A stretch of DNA of 64,000 bases, taken from contig JAXLNO010000051.1 in NCBI GenBank assembly GCA_038087875.1, positions 62,001 to 126,000 of the forward strand. The letters are read 5' to 3'. Origin of the DNA: Malacoraja senta. Its lineage: Eukaryota. Of this stretch, positions 11,471-23,913 are shown one piece after another. The notes beneath the pieces were generated by a model. It was not told the origin of the DNA. It did no database searches and saw nothing but the letters and a program-made list of their open reading frames with translations. Made by a program: the position numbers and the translations under genes. The first letter of the stretch is position 1. Every line of letters starts with the position of its first letter.

Positions 11471-12854
11471 ATCTCTGCATCACATCTATACTCCAGTAAA
11501 TAATATTTATATACCAGTTTAAAGCTTATATCTCTCTGTGGAGAGATATTTACCTCTTGGGACTAATGGAGTCAGGGGATATGGGGAGAAGGCAGGAACG
11601 GGATACTAATTATGGATGATCACAGTGAATGGTGGTGCTGGCTCGAGGAGCCGAATGGCCTCCTCCTGCACCTATTGTCTACGTTTCTATGGTCTAATCA
11701 GAATCTCAGATTCAATCAGAGATTAGAATCCAATGCATCAGTCAGATCTCTGCATCACATCTATACCACAGTATTTAATCATGTATAGACAAAGTCAATG
11801 TTATTGATCACAAGCACATTACAGGCAGTGAAATGAATTTGCCAGCAGCGATACACTTACAGGAACACACAATACACAATAAAATTGAACACAAACATCC
11901 ACCAGATCATTCTTCACTGAGGGAGAAGGCAACAAGGCTGTATTTCTCTGTGTACTGTTTACAACTGTGTCTAAAGTTTATATCTCTGTGTGGAGAGATG
12001 ATAATCCATGTATCAGTGAGATCTCTCTGCATCACATCTATACTCCAGTATTTAATATTTATATACCCAGTTTAAAGTTTATATCTCTGTGTGGAGAGAT
12101 GATAATCCAATGCATCAATGAGATCTCTGCATCCCATCTATACTCCAGTATGTAGTGTGCAATATTATAATCCATGCATCCATGAGATCTCTGCATCACA
12201 TCTATACCACAGCATTTCATATTTGTATCCCTCTGTGCTTTATTTGGAATCCAGTCTAAAGTTTATATATCTGTGTGTGCAGAGATGAGAATCCATGCAT
12301 CAATGAGATCTGTGCATCACATCTATACAACAACATTCACTATTCTCTGATATATGTCTCTAATCTTTATACCCACTTTAAAGTGAATGTTTATACCTTG
12401 TTATAAAGTTGATAGGTTTATAATCTCTGTGCAGAGATTATACTCCATGCATCAGTCAGGACTCTGTGCATCACATCTAAACCACAGCATTTCATATTTA
12501 TATCCCTCTGTGTAATATTTTTACCCAGATCACAGTGAAGGGTGGTGCTGGCTCGAAGGGCCGAATGGCCTACTCCTGCACCTATTGTCTATATTTCTCT
12601 GGCCCAATGCATCAGTCAATACTCGCTGCATCATATCTATACTCCAGTATTTAATTTTTATATCCCTCTGCGCAATTTTTATACCCAGTTTAAAGTGTAT
12701 AATCTTCCTGCATCAGTCAGAACTCTGTCCATTACCACCATGCCCCAGTGTGCAGTGAATTTGACCCTGATGCAATGTTTACACCCAGTTTAAAGTTAAT
12801 ATTACTTTGTACAATGGCAATAACCCCTGCATGAGAGAGCCCTGCCTGCAACTC

Positions 12855-14597
12855 CGACTCCCTGCCCCCCCAAGCCTCCAACCTCATCGTTCCCCAGCCC
12901 CGCACGGCCTGATTTTACCTTCTCCCCAAAATCCACAAACCTGACTGTCCCGGTAGACCCATTGTCTCTGCCTGTTCGTGCCCTACCGAACTTATTTCCA
13001 CATACCTCGACTCCATCCTATCCCCCTTGGTTAAATCCCTCCCTACCTATGTTCAAGACACCTCAGACACTCTCCGTCATCTCCGGGCATTCCATTCCCT
13101 AGGCCCCCATCCTCTCATCTTCACCATGGATGTCCAGTCACTCTACACCTCCATCCGGCACCAGGATGGTCTCAAAGCTCTCCGGTTCTTCCTCGACCGG
13201 AGAACCAAACAATCCCCGTCTACAGATACTTTCCTCCGCCTAGCGGAGCTGGTCCTTACCCTCAATAACTTCTCATTTGATTCCTCCCATTTCCTCCAAA
13301 TACAAGGCGTAGCTATGGGCACATGCATGGGCCACAGCTACGCCCGCCTATTTGTAGGGTACGTCGAACAATCCTTGTTCGAGATGTACCAGGGCCCCAT
13401 CCCCGACCTCTACCTCCGCTACATTGACGACTGCATTGGTGCTATCTCCTGCACCCACACACAACTCACTGACTTCATCCATTTCACCACTAACTTCCAT
13501 CCGGCACTCAAATACACCTGGACCATTTCCGACACTTCCCTACCATTCCTTGACCTCACTATCTCCATCGCAGGTGATAGACTTTTGACCGACATCCACT
13601 ATAAACCCATACTCCCTATGGCTATCTAGACTACACTTCTTCCCACCCTGCTTCCTGTAAGGACTCCATCCCCTATTCCCAATTCCTCCATCTACCCCTC
13701 CCCTACTATAGATGAGGCTCTCACCAGGGTCTCTTCTATACCCCGTAACACTGCTCTCTCTCCACATCCCCCCACTCGTAACAAGGGCAGAGTCCCCCTG
13801 GTCCTCACCTTTCACCCCACTAGCCGTCACATACAACAAATAGTCCTCCGACATTTTCGTCACCTCCAACGTGACCCCACCACTCGCCACATCTTCCCAT
13901 CTCCCCCCCCCGTCTGCTTTCTGCAGAGACCGCTCCCTCCGTAACTTCCTGGTCAATTCTTCCCTTCCCTCCCGCACCACCCCCTCCCCGGGTACTTTCC
14001 CTTGCAACCGCAAGAGATGCTACACTTGTCGCTTTACCTCCCCCCTCCACTCCGTCCAAGGACCCAAGCAGGCGTTCCAGGTGCGACAAAGGTTCACCTG
14101 CATCTCATCCAACCTCATCTATTGCATCCGCTGCTCTAGATGTCAGCTGATCTACATCGATGAGACCAAGCGGAGGCGTGGCGATCGTTTCGCCGAACAC
14201 CTCCGCTCGGTCCGCATTAACCAACCTGATCTCCCGGTGGCTCAGCACTTAAACTCCCCCTCCCATTCCGAATCTGACCTTTCTGAGCTGGGCCTCCTCC
14301 ATGGCCAGAGTGAGGCCCACCGGAAACTGGAGGAGCAGCACCTCATATTCCGCTTGGGCAGTTTCCACCCTAGTGGCATGAACATTGACTTCTCCAATAT
14401 CCGGTAGCCCTTGCTGTCTCCTCCCCTTCTCAGCCCTCGGGCTCCTCCTCCTCCTTTCTCCTTTCTTCTCCCCACCCCTCCCCCCCACCCCCATCCTACA
14501 TCCATCTGAAGAAGGGTTTCAGCCCGAAACGTTGCCTATTTCCTTCGCTCCATAGATGCTGCTGCACCCGCTGAGTTTCTGCAGCATTTTTGTCTAC
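12855..14597 (+). mobile_element. Penelope-like element (RT plus GIY-YIG endonuclease), degenerate
   Basis: RT motifs TMDVQSLYTSI, QGVAMGT and YLRYIDD; C-terminal CxxxxC..NLIYCIRC..YIDETKR..RFAEH. Frameshifts and an internal deletion near 13690. Confidence 0.92.
14506..14533 (+). ncRNA. Minimal hammerhead-ribozyme-like motif in the Penelope terminus
   Basis: CTGAAGA-A-GGGT(TTCA)GCCC-GAAAC-GTT: CUGANGA and GAAA core boxes around stem II. Confidence 0.6.
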
Positions 14598-16185
14598 ATT
14601 CTATTAGCTATCTTCACTGCCTGCTGTACCTGCACGCCAACTTTCAGTGACCGGTGTACAAGGACACCCAGGTCTCGCTGTACTTCCGCCTTACCTAACC
14701 TAACCCCATTGAGATAATAATCTGCCCCCTTGTTTTTGTCGCCAAAGTGGATAACCTCACATTTATCTATATTATACTGCATCTGCCACACATCTGCCCA
14801 CTCACTCAACCTGTCCAGGTCACCCTGCAACCTCCTAACATCCTCATCACAGTTCACACTGCCACCCAACTTACTAGTGTTGCTGCTAATTCCCTCTTCC
14901 AAATCATTAATATATATGGTAAACAGTTGCGGCCCCAACACCGAGCCTTGCGGCACTCCACTCGCCACTGCCTGCCATTCTGAAAAGGACCCGTTCACTC
15001 CTACTCTTTGCTTCCTGTCTGCCAACCAATTTTCTATCCATGTCAACACCCTACCCCCAATACTATGTGCTCTAATTTTAGTCACCAGTCCCCCGTGCGG
15101 GACCTTATCAAAAGCGTTCTGAAACTCTAGATACACTACATCCACTGGCTCCCCTTCATCCATTTAACTTGTCACATCCTCAAACAATTCCAGAAGATTA
15201 GTCAAGCATGATTTTCCTTTCATAAATCCACGTTGACTTGGACTAATCCTTTTACTGCTATCCAAATGCCCCATTATTACCTCTTTAATAATTGACTCCA
15301 GCATCTTTCCCACCACCGAAGTCAGGCTAACTGGCCTGTAATTCCCCGTTTTCTCTCTCGCTCCTTTCTTGAAAAGTGGGATAACATTAGCTATCCTCCA
15401 ATCCACAGGAACTGATCCTGAATCTATTGAACATTGGAAAATGATCTTCTGCAGTCTCAGTAATCCGCACAATGTCATATCTACCAACCTCTAACTGAGC
15501 CTCAAGCTCATCTACTTTACTTCTTATACTTCGCACATTCATATACAATACATTTAATTCCTTACGCATCTCACCTTTCACATCGATCCCTATTACACTT
15601 GGCCATACTCTCCTATCCCTTTGTGAGCTTCCTTTCCCATTAATTCTGGGGTCATTAACTATCTCCTTACTCCCTTTCCCTTTAACTCCATCATCGACTA
15701 TCCCATTTGACACCCCCCCCCCCTTATTTAGTTTTAAACCACCTGTGTAGCAGTGGCAAACCTGCCTGCCAGAATGCTGGTCCCCCACCTGTTAAGGTGC
15801 AATCCGTCCCTTTTGTACAGTTCCCCCTTCTCCAAAACAGATCCCAGTGGTCTAAGAATCTAAATCTCTGCCCCCTGTACAAGTTCCCCAGCCATGCATT
15901 CAGGTCCCGTATCTCCCTGTTCCTGCTCTCGCCACCACGAGGAACTGGAAGCAAACCGGAGATAACAACCCTGGAGGTCCTGGTTTTCAGCATTTTTCCG
16001 AGCTCTCTAAAGTCACGCTTCAGAATATTCATCCCCTTCTTTCCGACATCGTTTGTGCCAACATGCACTACAACTTCCAGCTGTTCACCTTCGCTCTTGA
16101 GGATTTTCTCCACTCTGTCCGTGACATCCTGGATCTTGGCACCTGGTAGGCAGCAAACCATCCTCGCATCCCGTCTGTTGCCTCA
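14595..16185 (-). mobile_element. CR1 LINE with a large internal deletion (ORF1 esterase end and EN start fused to RT)
   Basis: CLPGAKIQDV..VHVGTNDV (SGNH esterase), LYMNVRSIRSK..ITET (EN start), then a jump near 15450 to [22 protein letters not shown]. Confidence 0.9.
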
Positions 16186-16830
16186 CGTCATAGTTACTGT
16201 CATGAGGCTCTGGACACATTGTAAAAATGATTCCAGCATCAACAACAGAGCAGTGAGCAGGAGGTGGATGATCCTCTGGAGGGGACCTCTTCGCTGGGCC
16301 TATCAACCAGCATTCCAGGAGGCAGATGTTGCAGGAGAGCAACAGTGGTGGCACCACACCTGGAGGGGATGACGAAGGGAGAGGTTTTAAAGACCACTTG
16401 ACTGTTGTAAGTACATAGTTAGAAGTCAGCACATTTCAATTCTCATTCCCCAATACATCCATCCATCCACCATTGCGCTCTTAACATGTGTTCTTATGTT
16501 TCAGCTCACTGACCTTGTAAAAGGTATAAAAGTGATGAGTGATGCACGCAGGGAAATGACACCGCAATACGACCATGTATTTAAAGTCTGTGAGTGTGTG
16601 GCCTCAGTGATAACCAACAATCCCACAGGGAACGTGTGGGCGTTCACAAAACTTCTCTTGACTAATGCAATCGTCTACCACGAGAATGTAAATATGCCAT
16701 TTCAATTATAACTACTTCTGTTATCGCTTGGATTCAATATCTTTACTTCTCATACGAGATTGTCACAATGATTTAATGTGTGTTGGTATACAATTCAAAG
16801 CGTATTATTTTGTGTTAGATTGTAGTTTAA

Positions 16831-17998
16831 CCATCCCTAATTTTTTGTATTATTATTGGCCTGCAAATGTCAAAAATGTGATTCACCTGTTGGACAACTC
16901 TGCCCAACGGGTGGATTGGATAGTAATGGAGAGAGAGGATTGCTCCCCTTTTAATATAGGAACGATCCTTCTCTCACCAATAAAACTGAATAATACAATA
17001 TACAGTAAAAATCCAATTATTCATAGTACAATTAGAATTTGGAAACAAATAAAATGAACCCTAAAATTAAGAAACCTATCGCTTCTCTCTCCCATAATGA
17101 ATAAATCCGTCGTTTAAACCATCCATTATAGATAAATCATTTACACATTGGGAAAGAATAGGAATTAAAACGTTTGGAGACATGTATGAAAATGGATTTT
17201 TTTTATCATTCCAACAACTACAACTTAAATACAATCTGAGAAGTAATCAATATTTTAAATATCTTCAAATCCGTGATTATTTGAAAAAATATACACGAAT
17301 ATCAAAATTTGTCTCCAGACCGATTGAAGCAATGAATATAAAGGCGGAATCAACTAATTTAATATCATACTTGTATAATATAGAAACCGAACGCAGAATA
17401 GATTATTTTTGGAACAATGGAAGCCAGCTTTGAGCTGACTTTGCCCAAAAGAGCTTCCTTAATTACAGCTTAATAATGGCAAAAAAACATATACTTAAAT
17501 TCTGGAAAAACGCTCCCACACCAACGATAAAAATGTGGATTTCAAATATGTCGGAATTGTTACACCTGGAAGACATGAGATTCCTTCTAGCAGGCAAATC
17601 AGACCATTTTCAAAAGATTTGGTCTCCATTTATCGACTTATTACAAGCATAAGGTGCAACATAACTTTGAAAATAAATGGTTTCGGGACCTGGTGAGGGG
17701 TGTGTAAAGATACAAAGTAGCTACATCCCTTTTTATCTTATTTTACTTTCTTATATCTTCTGTTCTCTATTTTTCTCTTTCTTTTCCTTTGGTTTTCTTT
17801 TTAACTCTTTCTTGTGTTTTACGTTTCTATGGGTTTCTTCTGATCACTCTTTCACGCACTTACTATCTTATCCAACTCTCTATTCTTCTCCTTTTTAAAG
17901 TTTAAAACAAGAAGTGGTACAGGTAATGTATTATGTTATTTTTGGCTTACATCACTGTAATGTACATTACTTCTAATAAGTAAAATATTAAAAAAAAA
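16831..17998 (+). mobile_element. 5'-truncated L1-clade LINE with 12-bp TSD
   Basis: PNFLYYYW..QLQLKYNL ORF2 C-terminus and an A-tail at ~17989-17998. TSD ATTGTAGTTTAA at 16819-16830 and 17999-18010. Confidence 0.9.
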
Positions 17999-19454
17999 AT
18001 TGTAGTTTAAATCATTTTCATTCACAACCGCATAAGGCCATAAAACTAATTATCTTCCTTGAGTGATGTGATGCAAGAATAGTCCATGATTTGCCCGAAA
18101 AGACATCATACATTTTCATAAAGTTTACAGTAAAATCTGGAATAACCCAACCGCACCTTTTTATGGTCTGCTGAAAAGCTTTTAACATGTACTTCCTAAT
18201 TCTTTTCCAGAGAACCCTACTCACTTTTACACATCTGCAGCCTGCTGTAACAGCCTTAACTGCATTGGCATCTGAATATGGAGACGGCTGTCTCCGTGGT
18301 ACAGAAACAGCTGTGGATGAAGGGAGAGAGAGAGAGGCTCAGAGACATGGGTCTGTAGTAAAGTTTACCCTTTGATGTAGATTCTTATTTGTATGTTAAT
18401 GTTAATTCCCTGTTTGAGCTGGTTTTCATTTTGTTTGCAAACTCCCAAATTTTGTAGTGGGTGATAGTTAAACACCTTTTTAAGAATCCATTTGATTCTC
18501 ACCGTTTGTTTACTTTTGAACACAATAAAAGAGAGTTCTATGTTCTCAAAATAAAATTGATGTCTGCAAGTCTTCATTTTAATATAATTCCATAGTATCA
18601 TGACTTTAATGTACTATTTCCTTCATCATGAAACACCAAATAGAGGATGCGATCTACTCACATCTTACATCTCACAATCATTTGCTGTGCCTTTTAAATG
18701 TAAAATAATTTTACCTCAGAAAATAAGACAAACTGCACTGTGAATGTGAAAGTCTTTATTCATCTTGTTCAATAAATAAAGGCCATTTTTACACATCTTA
18801 ATAAATGGAGCACCACAGCAAACAACGGTGGTTTGCAATAGGGCTTACCGTACTTCAATTAGCAAATGAAACACAAAGAAGTTTTTCCAGTATTTCTTAT
18901 CATTCAGCTGACAAATGAAGCAACAGCCTACATTCTGACAATAAAACAGACAATGCAATGAATTCAAGGGCTATGTTTGCAGATCTCCCTACACTAATCA
19001 GACCAGCCGATGCATGATAAATACTACCTTATGAATCAACATCTGCAATGAAATTATTTACACAAAAATGAAAATAAAAATCCACACTTAAACTGAAATC
19101 AAACAAAGTCAGCAGGATTTAAACTAAACATAACATTCACTGATCTTGTCTGCATGTGGGTTCTCCTCATGCACTGGTGTACCTGTTGTCTGCTGTCCCT
19201 CAAATGACTTAGTTCTGCCACGGCACACTGCCCAGTGCTGAGTACTGCCCAGTATGAGCAGAGATGGTCTCTCGGCTCTTTTGCACACTTAAGGGCCTGT
19301 CCCACTCAAACAAGTTAATAAGGCATGACCAGCCGTGTACAAAGCTATGCTGGCTATCCCTAAATCAGCCCATTTTCATCCAAATGGGAGTAAATCCTAT
19401 CTTGAAGAATCCTCTTCAATACCTTCCGTACCACTGATGTGACGCTCACGAGTC

Positions 19455-19975
19455 AGGATGAAGAGTACAAATTACAGCAGGAGATACAACCAGCATGTAA
19501 GAAAGGCCATGTTACAAGGAATTTCAATATGCAGGTAGACTGGGAAAATCAGGCTGGTACTGGATCCCAAGTGAAGGAATTTGTAGTGTGCCTGCGAGAT
19601 GGCTTCTTAGAGCGGTTTGTGGTTGAGCCTACCAGGGAAAAGACAATTCTGGATTCGGTGTTGTGCAAGAACTGGATTTGATTAGGGAGCTTAAGGTAAA
19701 GGAACCCCTAGGAATTTGTGGCATAATATGATAAAATTCAACCTGCAGTTTGAGAAGATGAAATCAGATGTGACGGCATTACTGTAGAGTCAAGGTAACT
19801 ACAGAGGCATAAGTAAGGAGGTGGCTATTGTTGAGTACAAGGCGATCCAAGCAAGAATGATTGTGGAATAGCAATGGCAGAAGTTTCTGAGAATAATTTG
19901 GAAGTTGCAGGATCTTTTCATCCCAAAGAGGAAGAAAGATTCTGAGGGAAGAATGAGGCGACTGTGGCTGACTAA
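19455..19975 (+). mobile_element. Old CR1 endonuclease-region fragment
   Basis: FNMQVDW..EFVVCLRDGFL..EPTREKTILD, similar to the CR1 ORF2 at 27618-29081. Confidence 0.75.
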
Positions 19976-20315
19976 AGGGGCTGTCCCACTTGGGCCACCT
20001 AATCCGCGATGGCAATAAAAATACAACTCCTGCTGTTTGCAGCAGGCCTTTTGCTTCTGCAGCCTAAAGGCAGATGGGCAAGAACAAGGGTGAAGAGGAA
20101 GCACAAGAAGAGGTCTCAGTGGGTGAAGCCCCTCTTGCAAAGAAGATTCAGGCTTGGACAGTATGAGAACCTGATAAATGTGCTGCATGAGGAGGATTTG
20201 TCTGCTTTTAAAAACGTTACAAGAATACCCCCTGACCTGTTTAATGACAAACATGGGCCCTCTGCTGAGAAAGCCACAGGAACCAGGCCTGCGCCTAGCC
20301 ATCACCCTCCGCTGT
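19976..20315 (+). mobile_element. PIF/Harbinger transposon 5' fragment (TIR plus transposase N-terminus)
   Basis: TAA|AGGGGCTGTCCCACTT terminus, with a related TTA|AGGGCCTGTCCCACT at 19289-19306. WVKPLLQRRFRLGQYENLI..ED..AFKN..RIPP..F then RKPQEPGLRLAITLR, typical of a Harbinger transposase N-terminus. Confidence 0.75.
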
Positions 20316-20564
20316 GGGCCAAATGGATTCTTGGGGTGACAGCTCAGTCACTCAAGCCTGATGTGCTGGCAGCTCACTCATGGCTGGTGGGCGAGCAGTT
20401 GACTCACGGCTATTCCTTGAAATTCAATTTCAAGCAGGGTGCAAGGCCACCAAATTCAAATGCAGTTTCATGCCATTTCAAGCAGGGTGCAAGGCCACCG
20501 AATTCAATTGCAGTTACCTACCACTTCATTTCAAAGCAGTTACCACCACCAACAACCGTTTGCA

Positions 20565-22050
20565 GTGGGGCAATTCTGGATTTAGTGTTATGTAAAGAAC
20601 CGGGTTTGATAAAGGACCTCGAGGTTAATGAGCCATTAGGAGGCAGTGACCATAACATGGTCAGGTTTAATCTACAATTGGAGAGGGAGAAGAGTAGATT
20701 GAAGGTGGCAGTGTTGCAGTTGAATAAAGGGGACTATGGGGCCATGAGGGAGGAGCTGGCCAAAGGTGACTGGAAAGATACCCTAGCAGGGATGACAGTG
20801 GAACAAAAATGGCAGGTATTTCTAGGAATAATACAGAAGGTGCAGCATCAGTTCATTCCTAGGAGGAAGAAAGATTCCAAGGGGAGAAAGGGACGACCAT
20901 GGCTGACAAGGGACGTCAGGGACAGTATAAAAATTAAAGCGAAGAAGTACAACGTAGCAAAGATGAGCGGGAAGCAAGAGGATTGGGTAATGTTTAAAGA
21001 ACAACAGAAGATAACCGAAAAGACAATACGGGGAGAAAAGATGAGGTACGAAGGTAAGCTAGCCAAGAATATAAAGGAGGATAGTAAAAGCTTCTTTAGG
21101 TATGGGAAGAGGAAAAAATGAGTGAAGACCAAAGTTAGACCCTTGAAGACCGAAAAAGGTGAATTTATTATGGGGAACAAGGAAATGGCAGATGAGTTGA
21201 ACAGGTACTTTGGATCTGTCTTCACTAAGGAGGACACAAACAATCTTCCTGCTATAGTAGTGGCCAGAGGATCTGGGGTGACAGAGGAATTGAAGGAAAT
21301 CAACATTAGGCAGGAAATGGTGTTGGATAGACTGATGGGACTGAAGGCTGATAAATGCCCAGGGCCCGATGGTCTGCATCCCAGGGTACTTAAGGAAGTG
21401 GCTCTAGAAATCGTGGATGCATTGGTGATAATTTTCCAAAGTTTTATAGACTCAGGATCAGTTCCTGTGGATTGGAGGATCGCTAATGTTATCCCACTTT
21501 TTAAGAAAGGCGGGAGAGAGAAACAGGGGATTATAGACCAGTTAGCCTGACCTCGGTGGTGGGGAAGATGCTGGAGTCAATCATAAAAGATGAGATAGCC
21601 GCACATTTGGATAGCAGTAACAGGATCGGTCCGAGTCAGCAAGGATTTACGAAGGGGAAATGATGCTTGACTAATCTTCTGGAATTTTTTGAAGATGTAA
21701 CTAGGAAAATGGACAAGGGAGAGCCAGTGGATGTAGTGTACCTGGACTTTCAGAAAGCATTTGATAAGGTCCCACATAGGAGATTAGTGGGCAAAATTGG
21801 GGCACATGGTATTGGGGGTAGAGTGCTGACATGGATAGATAAGTGGTTGGCAGACAGGAAACAAAGGGTAGGGATTAACGGGTCCCTTTCAGAATGGCAG
21901 GCAGTGACTAGTGGGGTACCGCAAGGCTCGGTGCTGAGACCGCAGCTATTTACAATATACATCAATGATTTGGATGAAGGGATTCAAAGTAACATTAGCA
22001 TATTTGCAGATGACACAAAGCTGGGTGAACTGTGAGGAGGATGTTATGAG
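20565..22050 (+). mobile_element. CR1 ORF2 fragment (EN end to RT), with stops and frameshifts
   Basis: [61 protein letters not shown]. Confidence 0.92.
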
Positions 22051-22074
22051 TGGGGGTACGGGGGGATTCCCTAC

Positions 22075-22254
22075 CCGCGTGTCACAGGTGAACTCGGCTA
22101 CCTCCCCTTCACACATGGAGCTGACGACCGTCTCCCACACGGGCAGCTTGAACTTCTTGCCGATGATCAGCTCCATGGGTTTGCCGTTGGTCCGGCTGTC
22201 GTCGATGAGCGTCCGCTCTGGGTCACAGCGCAGGGACTTGTAGTGGAACGTGGC
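22075..22254 (-). CDS. AIP: AIP (aryl hydrocarbon receptor interacting protein) exon 2, FKBP-like domain, 180 bp
   Basis: acacag|GCC acceptor and CGG|gtaggg donor. [78 protein letters not shown] matches AIP rather than AIPL1. Confidence 0.93.
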
Positions 22255-22337
22255 CTGTGTGGGGGGGTGAGAGGTCACAGGTCAGTGGTCACTGCGGTCA
22301 GTGCAGGGGTCACGGGGTCAGACCGCAGGGTCTTTTT

Positions 22338-22800
22338 CTATGTTTCTATTTCATATGAAGAAAGACTGGATAGACTCGGCTTGTACTCGCTGGAATTTAG
22401 AAGATGGAGGGGGGATCTTATAGAAACTGACAAAATTCTTAAGGGGTTGGACAGGCTAGATGCAGGAAGTTTTTTCCCGATGTTGGGGAACTCCAGAACA
22501 CAGGGTCACAGTTTAAGGATAAGGGGGAAGTCTTTTAGGACCGAGATGAGAAAAACATTTTTCACACAGAGAGTGGTGAATCTGTGGAATTCTCTGCCAC
22601 AGAAAGTAGTTGAGACCAGTTCATTGGCTATATTTAAGAGGGAGTTAGATGTGGCCCTTGTGGCTAAAGGGATCAGGGGGTATGGAGAGAAGGCAGGTAC
22701 AGGACACTGAGTTGGATGATCAGCCATGATCATATTGAACGGCGGTGCAGGCTCGAAGGGCCGAATGGCCTACTCCTGCACCTATTGTCTATGTTTCTAA
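22338..22800 (+). mobile_element. CR1 3' fragment in AIP intron 1
   Basis: SYEERLDRLGLYSLEFRR..GYGEKAGTG plus a CTATGTTT tail. Confidence 0.9.
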
Positions 22801-23266
22801 TAACCCATGCCTGCCTTCTCCCCATTTCCCTTGATTCCACCAGCCCCTATAGCTCTATCTAACTCTCTCTTAAATCCATCCAGTGACGGCCTCCACTGCC
22901 TTCTGTGGCAGGGAATTCCACAAATTCACACAACTCTCTGGGTGAAAAAGTTTTTTCTCACCTCAGTCTTAAATGACCTCCCCTTTATTCTAAGACTGTG
23001 GCTCCTGGTTCTGGATTCGCCCAACATTGGGAACATTTTTCCTGCATCTAGCTTGTCCAGTCCTTTTATAATTTTATATGTTTCTATAAGATCCCCCTCA
23101 TCCTTCTAAACTCCTGTGAATACAAGCCTAGTCTTTTCAATCTTTCCTCATATGACAGTCCCGCCATCGCAGGAATCAATCTCGTCAACCTACGCTGCAC
23201 TGCCTCAATCACAAGGATGTCCTTCCTCAAATTAGGAGACCAAAACTGTACACAATACTCCAGATG
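22801..23266 (-). mobile_element. CR1 3' fragment, tail-to-tail with the previous copy
   Basis: [31 protein letters not shown] on the minus strand. Confidence 0.9.
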
Positions 23267-23279
23267 TCCCTCTAACCCT

Positions 23280-23830
23280 CCGCCCATTGGCCGGGCCGTC
23301 TGTCCGTCGCCGCCTCCTCGTCCAATCACCGCTTGTGGGAGGCGGGACAACTTACAACCCCTTCCCACCAATGGATGATCCAGCCGCCCATCACCCACCT
23401 CCATCCAATCAGCCACGTCTAGAGGCGGGAAAACCACCAACCCTCCCATTGGGCCTTCCATCCCTCAGTATCCCATCCTCCTCCAATGAGCGCGGTCTGG
23501 GGGCGGAATAACCCTCAGACCCTCCCCCTCATTGGATAATCAACCTCTCCCGTCTCCATCCAATCAGCTACGACAGGAGGGCGGGACAACCTCCTACTCC
23601 CCCGCCCATTGGCCGGTCCATCCGTCCGTCAACCCGTCTCCAGCCCATTGGATGATTCGTCCGCCCATCACCCAGTCCCCATCCAATCAGCGCCTGCGGG
23701 AGGCGGGATGTTCCTCGGACCCGCCTCCCATTGGCCGGGGCCGCCGTCCGTCACCGCCTCCTCGTCCAATCAGCGCGGTCGGGGGCGGGACCTGGCGACG
23801 GTTGGTGCCCGGAGCCGCCGCCATCTTGAT
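23280..23830. promoter_or_regulatory. CCAAT-box/GC-box array with a YY1-like motif inside a CpG island
   Basis: About 13 CCAAT/ATTGG boxes roughly every 40 bp, interleaved GGCGGG boxes, and GCCGCCATCTTG at ~23817-23828. Confidence 0.75.
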
Positions 23831-23857
23831 CGCCGGCGCCGTCACCGTCTCCCGTCA
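23800..23857 (+). other. Putative non-coding first exon of an unidentified + strand transcript
   Basis: Lies directly downstream of the CCAAT/GC array and YY1 motif, and ends at a consensus donor CA|GTAAGT (23858-23863). The start is approximate. Confidence 0.45.
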
Positions 23858-23913
23858 GTAAGTCTCTCTCTCCCTCTCTCCCTCTCTGTCCCCCAGCGTC
23901 CCCGCCCCGCTAC

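Larger units (their letters stand above)
9393..12835. repeat. Old degenerate ~100-120-bp tandem repeat broken up by TE insertions
   Basis: The core TCCATGCATCAGTGAGATCTCTGCATCACATCTATACTCCAG recurs at ~9395, 10550, 11471, 11730, 12005, 12107, 12172, 12292, 12445 and 12605. Confidence 0.8.
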
